Below, piece by piece: positions 9,626-18,638 of a stretch of 64,000 bases of DNA. A program made the position numbers and the translations under genes. The stretch covers positions 228,136 to 292,135 of the forward strand of contig JAXLXP010000005.1 of NCBI GenBank assembly GCA_046327955.1. Direction: 5' to 3'. This DNA is from Candidatus Binatia bacterium (GTDB lineage Bacteria > Desulfobacterota > Binatia > DP-6). Positions within the stretch are counted from its first letter, which is position 1; each line of letters begins with the position of its first letter. The notes beneath the pieces were generated by a model, which saw only the letters and a program-made list of their open reading frames with translations, did not search any database and was not told where the DNA came from.

Positions 9626-10360
9626 GTGCCAGCGCGCGGATTGCTCGTTCTCGGCGCACTGCTCGCGCTCGGGTGTGCGCCGCGGCCGCTGATCGTCCAG
9701 GCGGTGCGCGCTCGCGGCGGGCCGCTGCACTCGCTGGTGCGCGAGGTCGACGCGCAGGTCCATGCCGGCTTTGCCCTCGGCAGTTGGGAGTGGCGCACCG
9801 CCTTCATGGTGCCCGACCAGTATGCGTGGACCATCGCCACGTACGCAGAGCCGAATCATTATCTCTTCGACGGGACCACGATGCGGAGCTTCATGGGAGT
9901 TCGCGAAGTGGCGGCGGAGGCCGAGCAGGCGGCGCCGCTGCGCAGCCACGCGCGCTTCACCGCGGTCGTGAACCTCGACGCGCTCCTGCTGCCCGGCGTC
10001 CAGCTCGCACCGCTGGCTGCCGCGTCGCTGCCTCCCGGGCTCGCCATGGGCTTGGAGGCGGTCTTTGCCGACGACGGTGCGCGCTACCGCCTGGGCTTCG
10101 ATGCCGGCGGTCTGCTCGCGTGGGCCTCCGGGCCGCTCGTCGTTCCGCCGTTCGGGCTCCGGGAGGCGACGGTCCGCTTCGGCGAGTTCCGTCCGACGGG
10201 CCGTTGGACGCTTCCGTACAGCGCGGCCTACTCCTTCGGCGGTGAGCCGCTCGCCGACGAGCACGTGCGCGCGGCGTGCCCGGACGACCCGCGCCTCTCC
10301 GCCGACGCCTTTCGCCGTCCGGGTCTCGTCCCGCCCTGCGGCGGCAACCGCCCGGGTTGA
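9626..10360 (+). CDS. Hypothetical lipoprotein
   Basis: Candidate GTG start giving the signal/lipobox ...LLVLGALLALGCAPRP. Coding-like composition throughout. The start codon is uncertain (GTG 9626 or TTG 9641). Confidence 0.45.
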   Translation: MPARGLLVLGALLALGCAPRPLIVQAVRARGGPLHSLVREVDAQVHAGFALGSWEWRTAFMVPDQYAWTIATYAEPNHYLFDGTTMRSFMGVREVAAEAEQAAPLRSHARFTAVVNLDALLLPGVQLAPLAAASLPPGLAMGLEAVFADDGARYRLGFDAGGLLAWASGPLVVPPFGLREATVRFGEFRPTGRWTLPYSAAYSFGGEPLADEHVRAACPDDPRLSADAFRRPGLVPPCGGNRPG

Positions 10361-10378
10361 GGCCGCCGTGCCGGCTCC

Positions 10379-11323
10379 CTATTGCAGCCCGAGCGCCCGC
10401 ACCGGAACCGCCCGCCCGAGGAGGCCGTCGAGGTACCCGCGGACGAGCAACGTCACGACGCGCGTCTCGCCGTGGCGCCAGCGCCGCGCGAGCTCGAGCG
10501 GGAGGCTCGCGGTGATCGTGACCGCGAGGCGGAGCCACTGCCCCGGCCGCGCGTGCTTGCGCGCGAACAGCACCGTGTTGCGCGCCGCCAGGTAGCGGAC
10601 CGGGTTCGCCGGCCCGCGCGGTGCGAGGCTGCCCTCGCCCTGGTGTACGACGCGCGCCGCCGGGGCGAACAGCACGTGCCACCCGCGTGCGCGTGCCGAC
10701 GTACACCAGTCGACGTCCTCGTGGTACGCGAAGAACCGATCGTCGAGCAGCCCGATGTCCTCGAGCGCCGCGCGCGCGAGGAGCATCGCGCAGCCCGGGA
10801 CCCAGTCGACCTCGCGGACCGCGGCGAACGCCGGACCGTCGGGCACGCCGTTGCCGACGCGTTCGACCAGCGCGGCGCCGTACGTGAGCCGGCCCCACGC
10901 CACCCACAGCCGCGAGGGATCCTTGCCCCACAGCACCTTCGCGCCGACCGCCGCCACGCGCGAGCGGCTCTGCGCGACGCGCACCAGCTCACCGAGGCAG
11001 TCGCGATCGAGCACGGCGTCGTTGTTGAGCAGCACCACCCACTCGGCGCCCGCCGCCAGCGCGCGGCGGATGGCGACGTTGTTGCCCCCGGTGAAGCCCA
11101 GGTTCTCCGGCAGCGCGATCAGCTCGGCGCCCGGTGCCGCCGCCGCGACCTCGGCCGGTGCGAGCGCCCCCGTCCCGTTGTCGACGACGAGCAACGCGCG
11201 TGGCGGAACACTCGAGCCGGCGACGCTGCGCAGGCAGGCGAGCGTATCGGCCTTCGATCCCCAGTGCAGCACGATGACGGCCGCGGCAGGGTCGCTCGCC
11301 ACGAGCCCGGGCGTCGCGCTCAC
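10379..11323 (-). CDS. Family-2 glycosyltransferase
   Basis: GT-A fold motifs (VIVLHWG..., LLVVDNGT, DAV/DxD-like LLNNDAVLD, ...FFAYHEDVDWC). The GTG start overlaps the upstream stop as GTGA. Confidence 0.8.
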   Translation of the reverse strand: MSATPGLVASDPAAAVIVLHWGSKADTLACLRSVAGSSVPPRALLVVDNGTGALAPAEVAAAAPGAELIALPENLGFTGGNNVAIRRALAAGAEWVVLLNNDAVLDRDCLGELVRVAQSRSRVAAVGAKVLWGKDPSRLWVAWGRLTYGAALVERVGNGVPDGPAFAAVREVDWVPGCAMLLARAALEDIGLLDDRFFAYHEDVDWCTSARARGWHVLFAPAARVVHQGEGSLAPRGPANPVRYLAARNTVLFARKHARPGQWLRLAVTITASLPLELARRWRHGETRVVTLLVRGYLDGLLGRAVPVRALGLQ

Positions 11324-13026
11324 GCCTGGCCCACGGGACCCGGCGGCTTCTTCAACCGGCGCAGCCGCCGCCACACCGTCGTGCGGTTGACGCCGAGCGC
11401 GCGCGCCGCGCGCGAGCGATTGCCCTCGTGCTGCGAGAGCGCGGCGAGCGTGCGCTCGACGTCGTTGACGCGCGCCGGCAGCGGCTCGGTGAGCACCGGA
11501 CGCACGAAGCTGCGCGGCAGCGCGTCGACATCGATCACGTTCCCGCGGGCGCACACCGCGGCATGCTCGAGCGTGGTCTCGAGCTCGCGGACGTTGCCCG
11601 GCCACGCGTGGCGCAGGAACATGTCCATGACGTCGGCGCTCGCGGTGCGCACGCCGATGCCGCGGTCACCGAGCCGCCCGAGCAGGTGCTGGACGAGCAG
11701 GGGGAGGTCGCCGCGGCGCTCGCGCAGGGGCGGCAGCGCGATCGGGAGGGCGTGCAGCCGGTAGTAGAGGTCGGTGCGGAACTGGCCGAGACGCACCGCC
11801 TCGTGGAGGTCGCGGCTGGTGGTGGCGATGACGCGAACGTCGACGCGTGCCGTGTGGGCGCTTCCCACGCGCTCGAGCTCGTGCGTTTCGAGGAAGCGGA
11901 GGAGCTTTGCCTGCATCGTCGGAGACAGGTCGCCGACTTCGTCGAGGACCACGGTGCCGCCGTCGGCGACCTCGAACCGGCCCGCCATGTCGCGCGCGGC
12001 TCCCGGGAACGCGCCCCGCACGTGGCCGAAGAGCTCGCTCTCGAGGAGCCCCTCCGGGAGCGCCGCGCAGTGCACCGTGACGAGCGGCTTCTTCGCACGC
12101 GGGCCGAGGCGGTGGATCGTCTCCGCAAGAAGGCTCTTGCCGGTGCCGCTCTCTCCCTCCAGCAGGAGCGTGGCGTCGTTGTCCTTGACCGCCGCAACGA
12201 GCTCGGCGACCCGCCGCATGTGCGGGCTCGTGCCGAGGAGGATGCTCGACGGGTCGCTCGCGGGCGCGGCGAGCGCGCGGCGGTCGCGGACGGCCTCGAT
12301 CGCGCCGGTGACGCGCCCGTGCTCGTCGCGCAGCGGTGCGACGCTGATGCGGACGGGCAGGGGACGACCGGCGCGATCGCGAAAGTCGGTCTCGAAGTCC
12401 GTGACGACGCCGCCCTCCGCGGCGGCGCGGACGGCGGGGCAGGTGGGTGACCGCCCACCGGCGCAGCCGAGGGCGTCCGTACACGGCCGGCCGACGAGAT
12501 CGCGCTCACCGCGGCCGAGGAGCTGCTCGGCGGCGCGGTTCGCGGCCGCCACCGTGCCGTCGGCGGTGAGGGTGACGACGCCGTCGCCGATGCTGTCGAG
12601 CACGGCCTGGGTACGGTTGCGTTCGCGCTCGACGAGATCGCTCTTCGTGCGGAGCGCGCCGAACAGGCCGACCAGGTGCCCGATTGGCCGCACGCATTCG
12701 AGGACGCCCACGGGCTCTGCTCGGCCGTCGAGACGCAGCGGCGCCGTGTGCAGACGGACGGGCTCACGGCCCTGGCGCCCGGTGAGCGCGACGTTGAAGG
12801 TCGACACCGCTTCGTCGCGCTCGAGCGCGACGTCGAGTGGGCAGCGGTCGCCGCAGGCGTCGCAGCGCAGGACCTCGTGGCAGGGCAGCCCGCGCGCCGT
12901 CGCACTGTCGAGGCCCGTGAGCGCCGCTGCCGCGCCGTTCATCGTCAGCAGTCGCTTGTCGACCGAGATGGCGAACGCCGGCTCGGGCAGGCTCTCGAGG
13001 AGCGCGACGGGGACGGCGACGGTCAC
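11320..13026 (-). CDS. Sigma-54-dependent transcriptional activator with N-terminal Cys-rich PAS-like sensor domains
   Basis: AAA+ sigma-54 interaction domain (GESGTGKS, GAFPGA, ESELFGH). C-terminal HTH (RAARALGVNRTTVWRRL). N-terminal Cys clusters CHEVLRCDACGDRCP and CTDALGCAGGRSPTC. Confidence 0.9.
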   Translation of the reverse strand: MTVAVPVALLESLPEPAFAISVDKRLLTMNGAAAALTGLDSATARGLPCHEVLRCDACGDRCPLDVALERDEAVSTFNVALTGRQGREPVRLHTAPLRLDGRAEPVGVLECVRPIGHLVGLFGALRTKSDLVERERNRTQAVLDSIGDGVVTLTADGTVAAANRAAEQLLGRGERDLVGRPCTDALGCAGGRSPTCPAVRAAAEGGVVTDFETDFRDRAGRPLPVRISVAPLRDEHGRVTGAIEAVRDRRALAAPASDPSSILLGTSPHMRRVAELVAAVKDNDATLLLEGESGTGKSLLAETIHRLGPRAKKPLVTVHCAALPEGLLESELFGHVRGAFPGAARDMAGRFEVADGGTVVLDEVGDLSPTMQAKLLRFLETHELERVGSAHTARVDVRVIATTSRDLHEAVRLGQFRTDLYYRLHALPIALPPLRERRGDLPLLVQHLLGRLGDRGIGVRTASADVMDMFLRHAWPGNVRELETTLEHAAVCARGNVIDVDALPRSFVRPVLTEPLPARVNDVERTLAALSQHEGNRSRAARALGVNRTTVWRRLRRLKKPPGPVGQA

Positions 13027-13502
13027 GACACCACCCCTGGCGCCGTGGCGGCGGTGGCCAGGGTGGCGCGTGCGCGCGCGAGGCGCGCGTGGTGCCGATC
13101 GTCGAACCAGTCGCCGGCCAGCGGGACGAGGCGCGAGAAGTCGACGCCGGCGCGCTCGAGCACGAGGCGGGTGAGCAGGTTCAGCTCCGAGCGCTCGATC
13201 TCCTCCGCGCGCGCGAGCGCGGCCGTGGGGGATATCCCGGCGCGGGCCTCGTCCTCGACGCGATCGAGGAGAGTCGTCACCGCGGCGAGCTGGCGCTCCC
13301 AGTCGCCCCCCGGCGCTGCCATCGAGGGAGGGAAGACCTCACGCGCCGCGGTGACCAGCAGCGCGTGCAGCTCCTCGTCGGCCGCCATCTCGCGCCAGAA
13401 CGCCGCGGTGGGTGGCAGGTGCTGTGCGGCCTCGGCGAAGCGGCCGTACAGCGCCCCGGTGCGCCGCTCGAGGTCGGCGATCCGCTCGATGAGCGCCCAC
13501 AT
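13023..13502 (-). CDS. Hypothetical ferritin-like/rubrerythrin-like four-helix protein
   Basis: About 160 aa with ExxH/ExxE-type motifs (AADEELHALL, AEEIERSELNLL). Its stop overlaps the start of the sigma-54 activator (ATGA). The start at MWALIER is tentative. Confidence 0.45.
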   Translation of the reverse strand: MWALIERIADLERRTGALYGRFAEAAQHLPPTAAFWREMAADEELHALLVTAAREVFPPSMAAPGGDWERQLAAVTTLLDRVEDEARAGISPTAALARAEEIERSELNLLTRLVLERAGVDFSRLVPLAGDWFDDRHHARLARARATLATAATAPGVVS

Positions 13503-13677
13503 GGGCGGGCCGTCGTGGTGGTGTTGCACGCGTTGCGGACATTGTCGCCTGCGCTCCGGCCCAGGGTCAAACCAGCGCGCGCCGTTGTGCGGGCGGTGCG
13601 GTCGTGGCCGGCGCACCGACCGGAGCGCCGCAACTCGCCTTGACGCCGAGCGCGCCTGCGCGGTAGGCGGCTCGGTC

Positions 13678-15528
13678 ATGATGCGCACGATCGTCGTCCT
13701 CACCGTGCTCCTGGCCGTCGCAGCGGCGCCTGCGGGCGCGACCTCCCAGGAGCAGCGCTGCGAGGCGGCCGCCTCGGCGGGGCTCGGCACCTGTGTCCGC
13801 AAGGTCGGGGAGCGCATGCGGCACTGCTACCTCGACGACGGCGGCCCTTGTGCCCCCGGCGACGAGGACGTCGCCACGCACCTCGCCCGACTCGAGCAGA
13901 AGGTGCTGGCTCACTGTCCCAGCTCGACCGTCGTGCAGGCGGCGGGCTATGGCACCCATGCGACGCCATCCGACCTGGTTGCTCGGTTGAAGGAGTCCTG
14001 CACGGGCGAGCCGGCGTCGATCGCGGCCCGGACCTTCGGCGGGCCGCAGGGGGCCGTGCTGGCGGCGGCCGGGGCGGCCACCCGGACGTGCCTCGGCACC
14101 GCGGCGAAAGAGGCGATCAGGATGTTGCCGTTGCAACTCCGGCTCTACAGCAGCTGCCTCAAGAGGTTGCACAAGCCGACGATCGGGAGCTGTCCCGTCT
14201 CGAGGACGAATGCCAAGGTCGCCGCGACCGAGGCCGAGATGGTCCGCAAGGTGACGGCCGCGTGTCCCGACCTTCCGGCCACGCTCGGCATGACCACCGC
14301 CGACTACGCGCACCGGACCAGCGCGCAGGCGCAGTGCATGACGACGACCGCCAACGGCGGCGACGAGTTGGCGCTCGACTGCGGCAAGGTGAGCACGCTG
14401 CCGGCGCTGGGGACGTGGACGCAGATCACGCTGTCGTCGTCGTCGGGTGCGCTCTGTGGCGACGGCAGCCCCTACGCCTTCTGGCTCAAGCTGTCGCCGG
14501 ATGTCGCGCTGCTGGATCACGTGGTGGTCGACTTCGAGGGCGGTGGGGTGTGCCTGACCGAGACCGGTCCGGCGCCCTGTGCCAGCGTTCCCACCAGTCT
14601 CTTCCAGGCGATCGACAACGGGCAGCCGACCGGCGGCTACATGTCGAACAACCCACTCGTCAACCCGTTCGCCGACTGGACGCAGATCTTCCTGCCGTAC
14701 TGCACCCAGGACGTGCACATCGGTGGCGGCGGCCAGAGCGTGTTCACGAGCCTCACGGTCAACCGCTACGGTGCGCTCAACGCGCGCGCGGCCCTGCGCT
14801 ACCTTCGTGGCGCGCTGTGGAACGTGCTCGAGCAGTCGACCGCGCAGGGCTACCGGCCCGACCGCATGACGGTGCTGCTCGGCGGCGAGTCCGCGGGGGC
14901 CTTCGGCGTGCAGTACAACTATCACTACGTACTCGACGATCTGCGTTGGATCCACACGACGGCGGCACCGGACGCGGGGTTGGCGCTCGACAACGGGACT
15001 GCCCTCAGCGTGCGCTCGTTCGGCACCGTGGTCATCGACAGCCTACCGCCGTCGTCGTTCGCGTGGCTGACGAAGACGGTCCTGCCGACGTACTGCCTGA
15101 GCGGCAGCTGTGCCGTTGGCCCGGAGCTGCAGGCGGCCACGTCGGTGCGTCTGAAGGCCGTACCCGACCAGCAGATCCTCAACATCTCCAACCAAGTCGA
15201 CGACGGGCAGGTGGGCACGACGTTCTTCACGAGCACCGCCGGCTGGATCAACGCCGCGCGCGCGGCCTACTGCACCAACCGGGGGCTCAACGGCATCCAT
15301 GCCTGGCTGCCCGCGCAGACGGCGTCGTACCACACGATCCTGCGCACCGACTCGCGCTTCACGACCGTCACGGCGGGCGGCGTGACGGTGCGCGACTGGC
15401 TCGCGGACGCGATCGCGAATCCCGCGGCGGTCGTCGATCGCGTCGACGAGGGGACGCTCGTCGCCGACTACCCCGGGGTCGCTCCGATCGCGTGCATCTC
15501 CTCGGCGAGCGGGGCGTTCGTCGACTGA
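13678..15528 (+). CDS. Secreted Cys-rich protein with esterase-like GxSxG motif (pectin-acetylesterase/Notum-like)
   Basis: Signal peptide MMRTIVVLTVLLAVAAAPAGA. LLGGESAGAFGV nucleophile elbow. Many paired cysteines. Confidence 0.6.
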   Translation: MMRTIVVLTVLLAVAAAPAGATSQEQRCEAAASAGLGTCVRKVGERMRHCYLDDGGPCAPGDEDVATHLARLEQKVLAHCPSSTVVQAAGYGTHATPSDLVARLKESCTGEPASIAARTFGGPQGAVLAAAGAATRTCLGTAAKEAIRMLPLQLRLYSSCLKRLHKPTIGSCPVSRTNAKVAATEAEMVRKVTAACPDLPATLGMTTADYAHRTSAQAQCMTTTANGGDELALDCGKVSTLPALGTWTQITLSSSSGALCGDGSPYAFWLKLSPDVALLDHVVVDFEGGGVCLTETGPAPCASVPTSLFQAIDNGQPTGGYMSNNPLVNPFADWTQIFLPYCTQDVHIGGGGQSVFTSLTVNRYGALNARAALRYLRGALWNVLEQSTAQGYRPDRMTVLLGGESAGAFGVQYNYHYVLDDLRWIHTTAAPDAGLALDNGTALSVRSFGTVVIDSLPPSSFAWLTKTVLPTYCLSGSCAVGPELQAATSVRLKAVPDQQILNISNQVDDGQVGTTFFTSTAGWINAARAAYCTNRGLNGIHAWLPAQTASYHTILRTDSRFTTVTAGGVTVRDWLADAIANPAAVVDRVDEGTLVADYPGVAPIACISSASGAFVD

Positions 15529-15571
15529 GCCCGAGGGGCGCTGTCGGTTGCGGTCGCGCGGTGCCCGTGGC

Positions 15572-16555
15572 TCAGGGCGCCTTCGCCGTGCCGCGTACCG
15601 CTCGCACCCGTTTCGCGAAGCTCGTGGCGGCGCAGAAGCTGGCGCCCGGCACCGCGAAGCGGTAGCCGCTGGCGCTGACGCCGAGCGGGCAACAGCAGTA
15701 CTGCCCACTCCAGTAGTCGTCGTCGGCGTTCGGTTCGAGCGCCGCGTCGATGCAGGTGGTCCCCGAGATGCAGTTGAAGATGGTCGCCAGCTCGTCGAAC
15801 GAGGGGAGGCGCCAGTCCTGGTGGCCCCCCAGCGCTGCGGCGTTCACGCGTGGGATGAAGTCCGACAACGCGTCGGGGAAGGTGTACGTGTCGCTCACGC
15901 AGTGGATCGAGCCGGCAAAGCAGCTGACGACGTCGCTGGTCTTCTTCTCCCACTGCAGCTCCGTCTGACCGTCCGTGATCGTGCCGTCCCCGTTGTCGAC
16001 GAACCGGGACGTCGCGCATCCGCTCGTGTCCCACCGGCAGGAGGCGTCGCAGTGAAGGGTGCCGGCGAGGAACCCGACGTTGGCACAGCTCAAGTGCCGG
16101 AGGTCGTTCCCGTCACACTCCTCGTCGGCTTCGGCCACGCCGTCGCCGCACGCGATCGGCTGACACCGGCTTTCGTCGAACGTGCAGAGGGCCGTGCACC
16201 CGAGCGTGCCGCCGGGGAAGCCACGTGCGACACAGCTCTGGCCACCCAGGTTCGCGCCGTCGCACGACTCGCCGCCGTCGATCCGATCGTCTCCGCAGTA
16301 CGTCGCGCACGCGCCGGTCCCTTCTCGCTTGCACCGTTGGAGCACTGCCTTTCGGCAGCCCTTGCGCAAATCGCCGAATCCGTTGGCAGAGGCGCTGCCG
16401 ACGCAGTCCGCGATCAGCCCGTCGCAGGCCCGGCGACACTGCTTGGCCTTGGCGCGCGGCACCGCGGGCGGACCACCACGTGCCACGGTGCCGCCCGCGA
16501 CCAGAAGCCCGACCAGTATGGGAATGGCGAGGAACGTCTTGGAGCCGCCGACCAT
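15572..16555 (-). CDS. Secreted protein: two Myxococcales Cys-rich repeats plus a DUF1566-like (Lcl) C-terminal domain
   Basis: Signal peptide MVGGSKTFLAIPILVGLLVAGG. Repeats CGDDRIDGGESCDGANLGGQSC and CGDGVAEADEECDGNDLRHLSC. C-terminal ...TELQWEKK...DWRLPSFDELATIF, typical of DUF1566. Confidence 0.75.
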   Translation of the reverse strand: MVGGSKTFLAIPILVGLLVAGGTVARGGPPAVPRAKAKQCRRACDGLIADCVGSASANGFGDLRKGCRKAVLQRCKREGTGACATYCGDDRIDGGESCDGANLGGQSCVARGFPGGTLGCTALCTFDESRCQPIACGDGVAEADEECDGNDLRHLSCANVGFLAGTLHCDASCRWDTSGCATSRFVDNGDGTITDGQTELQWEKKTSDVVSCFAGSIHCVSDTYTFPDALSDFIPRVNAAALGGHQDWRLPSFDELATIFNCISGTTCIDAALEPNADDDYWSGQYCCCPLGVSASGYRFAVPGASFCAATSFAKRVRAVRGTAKAP

Positions 16556-16798
16556 GGGTGCGCCTTGGTGCCCGTGTTCCCACGGACGTGGGCACCCTGC
16601 AACCCACGGGTACCGGCGCCCGCTACGCGAAGCGGAAGATGTGAGAAGAGCGGCCCTGCGCGAGGGACGCGTCGCTTCATCGAGCGTATCTCGTCTGCCG
16701 CGCCAGCTGTGCTGGCCGCGGCATGCCGGCGGCGCGTCCCACGGACGCGACACGCTCGCGTCCTCCCCCGAGCCACGCCGTAGTCTCGGCTCGGGCTC

Positions 16799-18184
16799 CT
16801 ACACCTGCGAGCGCAAGGTCTGCACGTCGGGCGCGATGTTCGCGCCAGCCTTCTGGAACTCCGTGCGCAGCGTGTCGGGGATCTTCCGCCGCGCCGCCTG
16901 GGTGCCGAGGCGGTGCACGTACTGCGAGAGCGCCTTGGCCGCCTGCTTGAGCAGGGTGCGCGCCTTCTTGCTGCTGCCGAGCCCGCGCGCTTTCGCGGTC
17001 AGCGATTTCGCCTGCTCGAGGTTCTTGGCGAGCTTCGACTGGAAGCTGCCGAGGCCGGGCTCGGCGCGAACGCGGGCGAGGAGCGCATCGACGCGACAGG
17101 CGACGGAATCGAACGTCGCGGCGGCCGGTGTGCCGCCGCACCCGGTGGGCTGGGTCGTGGTCGTCGTCGTGATGGTGGTGGTCGACGTGGTGGTCCCGCA
17201 CACGGGCACGCCGCAGATGCCGGCGCCGTCGCAGACGTCGTCGGTGCAGGAATCGCCGTCGTCGGTGCAGGCGGTGCCGGCATCGAGCGGCGCGCACACC
17301 GACGGTGTGCCGCTGCACTGCCAGCACTCCTCGACCGCGCAGCTGGCGGAGCAGCCGTCCCCGGAGGTCGCGTTGCCGTCGTCGCAGGCCTCGGTCCCGG
17401 CGACGAGGCCGTCGCCGCACGACACCGCGTCGCAGATCGTCGCCAAGCTGTCGGCGACCTCCTGCGTGGTCATCACCGTGTCGCGGACCTGGAGGTACGC
17501 GATCACCCCAGGGTCGGTTTCGCTGATCGCCGCGCTGCCCGTGGTGTTGTCCATGAGGAAGTACACCGCCGTCGCGCTCGGCGCGTACAGGTTGCCGGTG
17601 TCGGTGTAGGTCCCCGACGGCGTGCCGTTGATGTAGAGCGACACGAGCTTGGTTCCCGCGTTGCGCGTGATCGTCACGAAGACGTCCTGGTTCTGCACGA
17701 ACGAGCCCGCCGCGTAGGTTCCGACGGGATAGAAGCTCACGCCGTTGCCGAGCTTGTAGATGCCGGTGTCCTGCGTGGAGTTGGAGAAGTCGATGAGCCG
17801 CGCGTACCCCGTGTCCATGGGGTTGTAACGCAAGAGCATCGAGATCGAGTACGAGCCCGTCACGACGCTCGGTGTCGCGTTGGCGTGCCGCAGCCCGCCG
17901 CTGATCGGGAACGACCACGCCCGCACGGTCGGCGTCGACGCACACGCGGACGCGCTGATGCTCTCCGTGACGAACGTGCCGTTCACGAAGTTCGGCCCGC
18001 TGGTGACGATGGTCGCGGTCTTGTTCGACACCGGGACGAGGACGTTCCCGGCACCTTCGATGGGCGCGAACGAGTCGCGAAAGAGGTAGGTCTCCGTCGT
18101 CAGCGCCCCGGCACGTCCGACGTGCAGCCCGAGTACCAGTGCCAGCTGCAGTGCAACGGCAAGAATGTGCCACCGATTTCTCAT
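16799..18184 (-). CDS. Secreted protein: LamG/concanavalin-like N-terminal domain, Myxococcales Cys-rich repeat, Thr-rich linker, and C-terminal Lys/Ala-rich helical module
   Basis: Signal peptide MRNRWHILAVALQLALVLGL. Repeat CGDGLVAGTEACDDGNATSGDGCSASC. TTTSTTTITTTTTT linker. C-terminal ACRVDALLARV...KKARTLLKQAAKALSQYV tail homologous to the tails of the genes at 128 and 41175. Confidence 0.75.
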   Translation of the reverse strand: MRNRWHILAVALQLALVLGLHVGRAGALTTETYLFRDSFAPIEGAGNVLVPVSNKTATIVTSGPNFVNGTFVTESISASACASTPTVRAWSFPISGGLRHANATPSVVTGSYSISMLLRYNPMDTGYARLIDFSNSTQDTGIYKLGNGVSFYPVGTYAAGSFVQNQDVFVTITRNAGTKLVSLYINGTPSGTYTDTGNLYAPSATAVYFLMDNTTGSAAISETDPGVIAYLQVRDTVMTTQEVADSLATICDAVSCGDGLVAGTEACDDGNATSGDGCSASCAVEECWQCSGTPSVCAPLDAGTACTDDGDSCTDDVCDGAGICGVPVCGTTTSTTTITTTTTTQPTGCGGTPAAATFDSVACRVDALLARVRAEPGLGSFQSKLAKNLEQAKSLTAKARGLGSSKKARTLLKQAAKALSQYVHRLGTQAARRKIPDTLRTEFQKAGANIAPDVQTLRSQV

Positions 18185-18638
18185 GTGCCGACCTCCCGTG
18201 TCGCGCGCCGGGCGGTTCCCGGTCGCGACGAAGCTGCGGACATTCCCATTCCCGGTACTCGTGTGTCAACGCACCCGCGCAGGTGTTGTGCACGTGGGTC
18301 GTCCCGGTCCGCCAGTGACCGAGGAGGAAGACCGGGGAGGGATGGATCGTGGTACGGTCGACGACGCGCTCGTAGAGTCCGCAGCGGGCTCGTCCGCAGC
18401 GTCGAGCACGAGGCGGCCAGGGGCCGCGGCAGGGTCGCTGGGTCGATGCCGTCGCTGCTGCGGGCGAGGCGGCCCCAGCTTCGAAACGACCCCAGCGCCA
18501 GGGGGTGCTCGATGACGGAGGCACGCTCGGGCCCCGTGCCGACGCGCGTCATCAGGCGCGCACATCCTGGATCGCCGGCCGGCGTTCCACCGGTGTCGCC
18601 TCAAGTTTCGGGCGCACCCGGCCGATCGTGAGAGGGAC

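Noticed and set aside
7725-9659. 644-aa minus-strand ORF, and ORFs 7924..9045 and 7995..8582 on the plus strand
   Set aside because: Extreme Arg/Ala/Pro bias. They overlap the real membrane-protein (8012..8650) and alpha/beta-hydrolase (8675..9586) genes in other frames and cross the tRNA-Sec.
13503-13677. Possible sigma-70-like TTGACG...TAGGCG elements upstream of the secreted esterase gene
   Set aside because: The spacer is 18 nt and the -10 lacks the invariant final T. This is not distinguishable from background.
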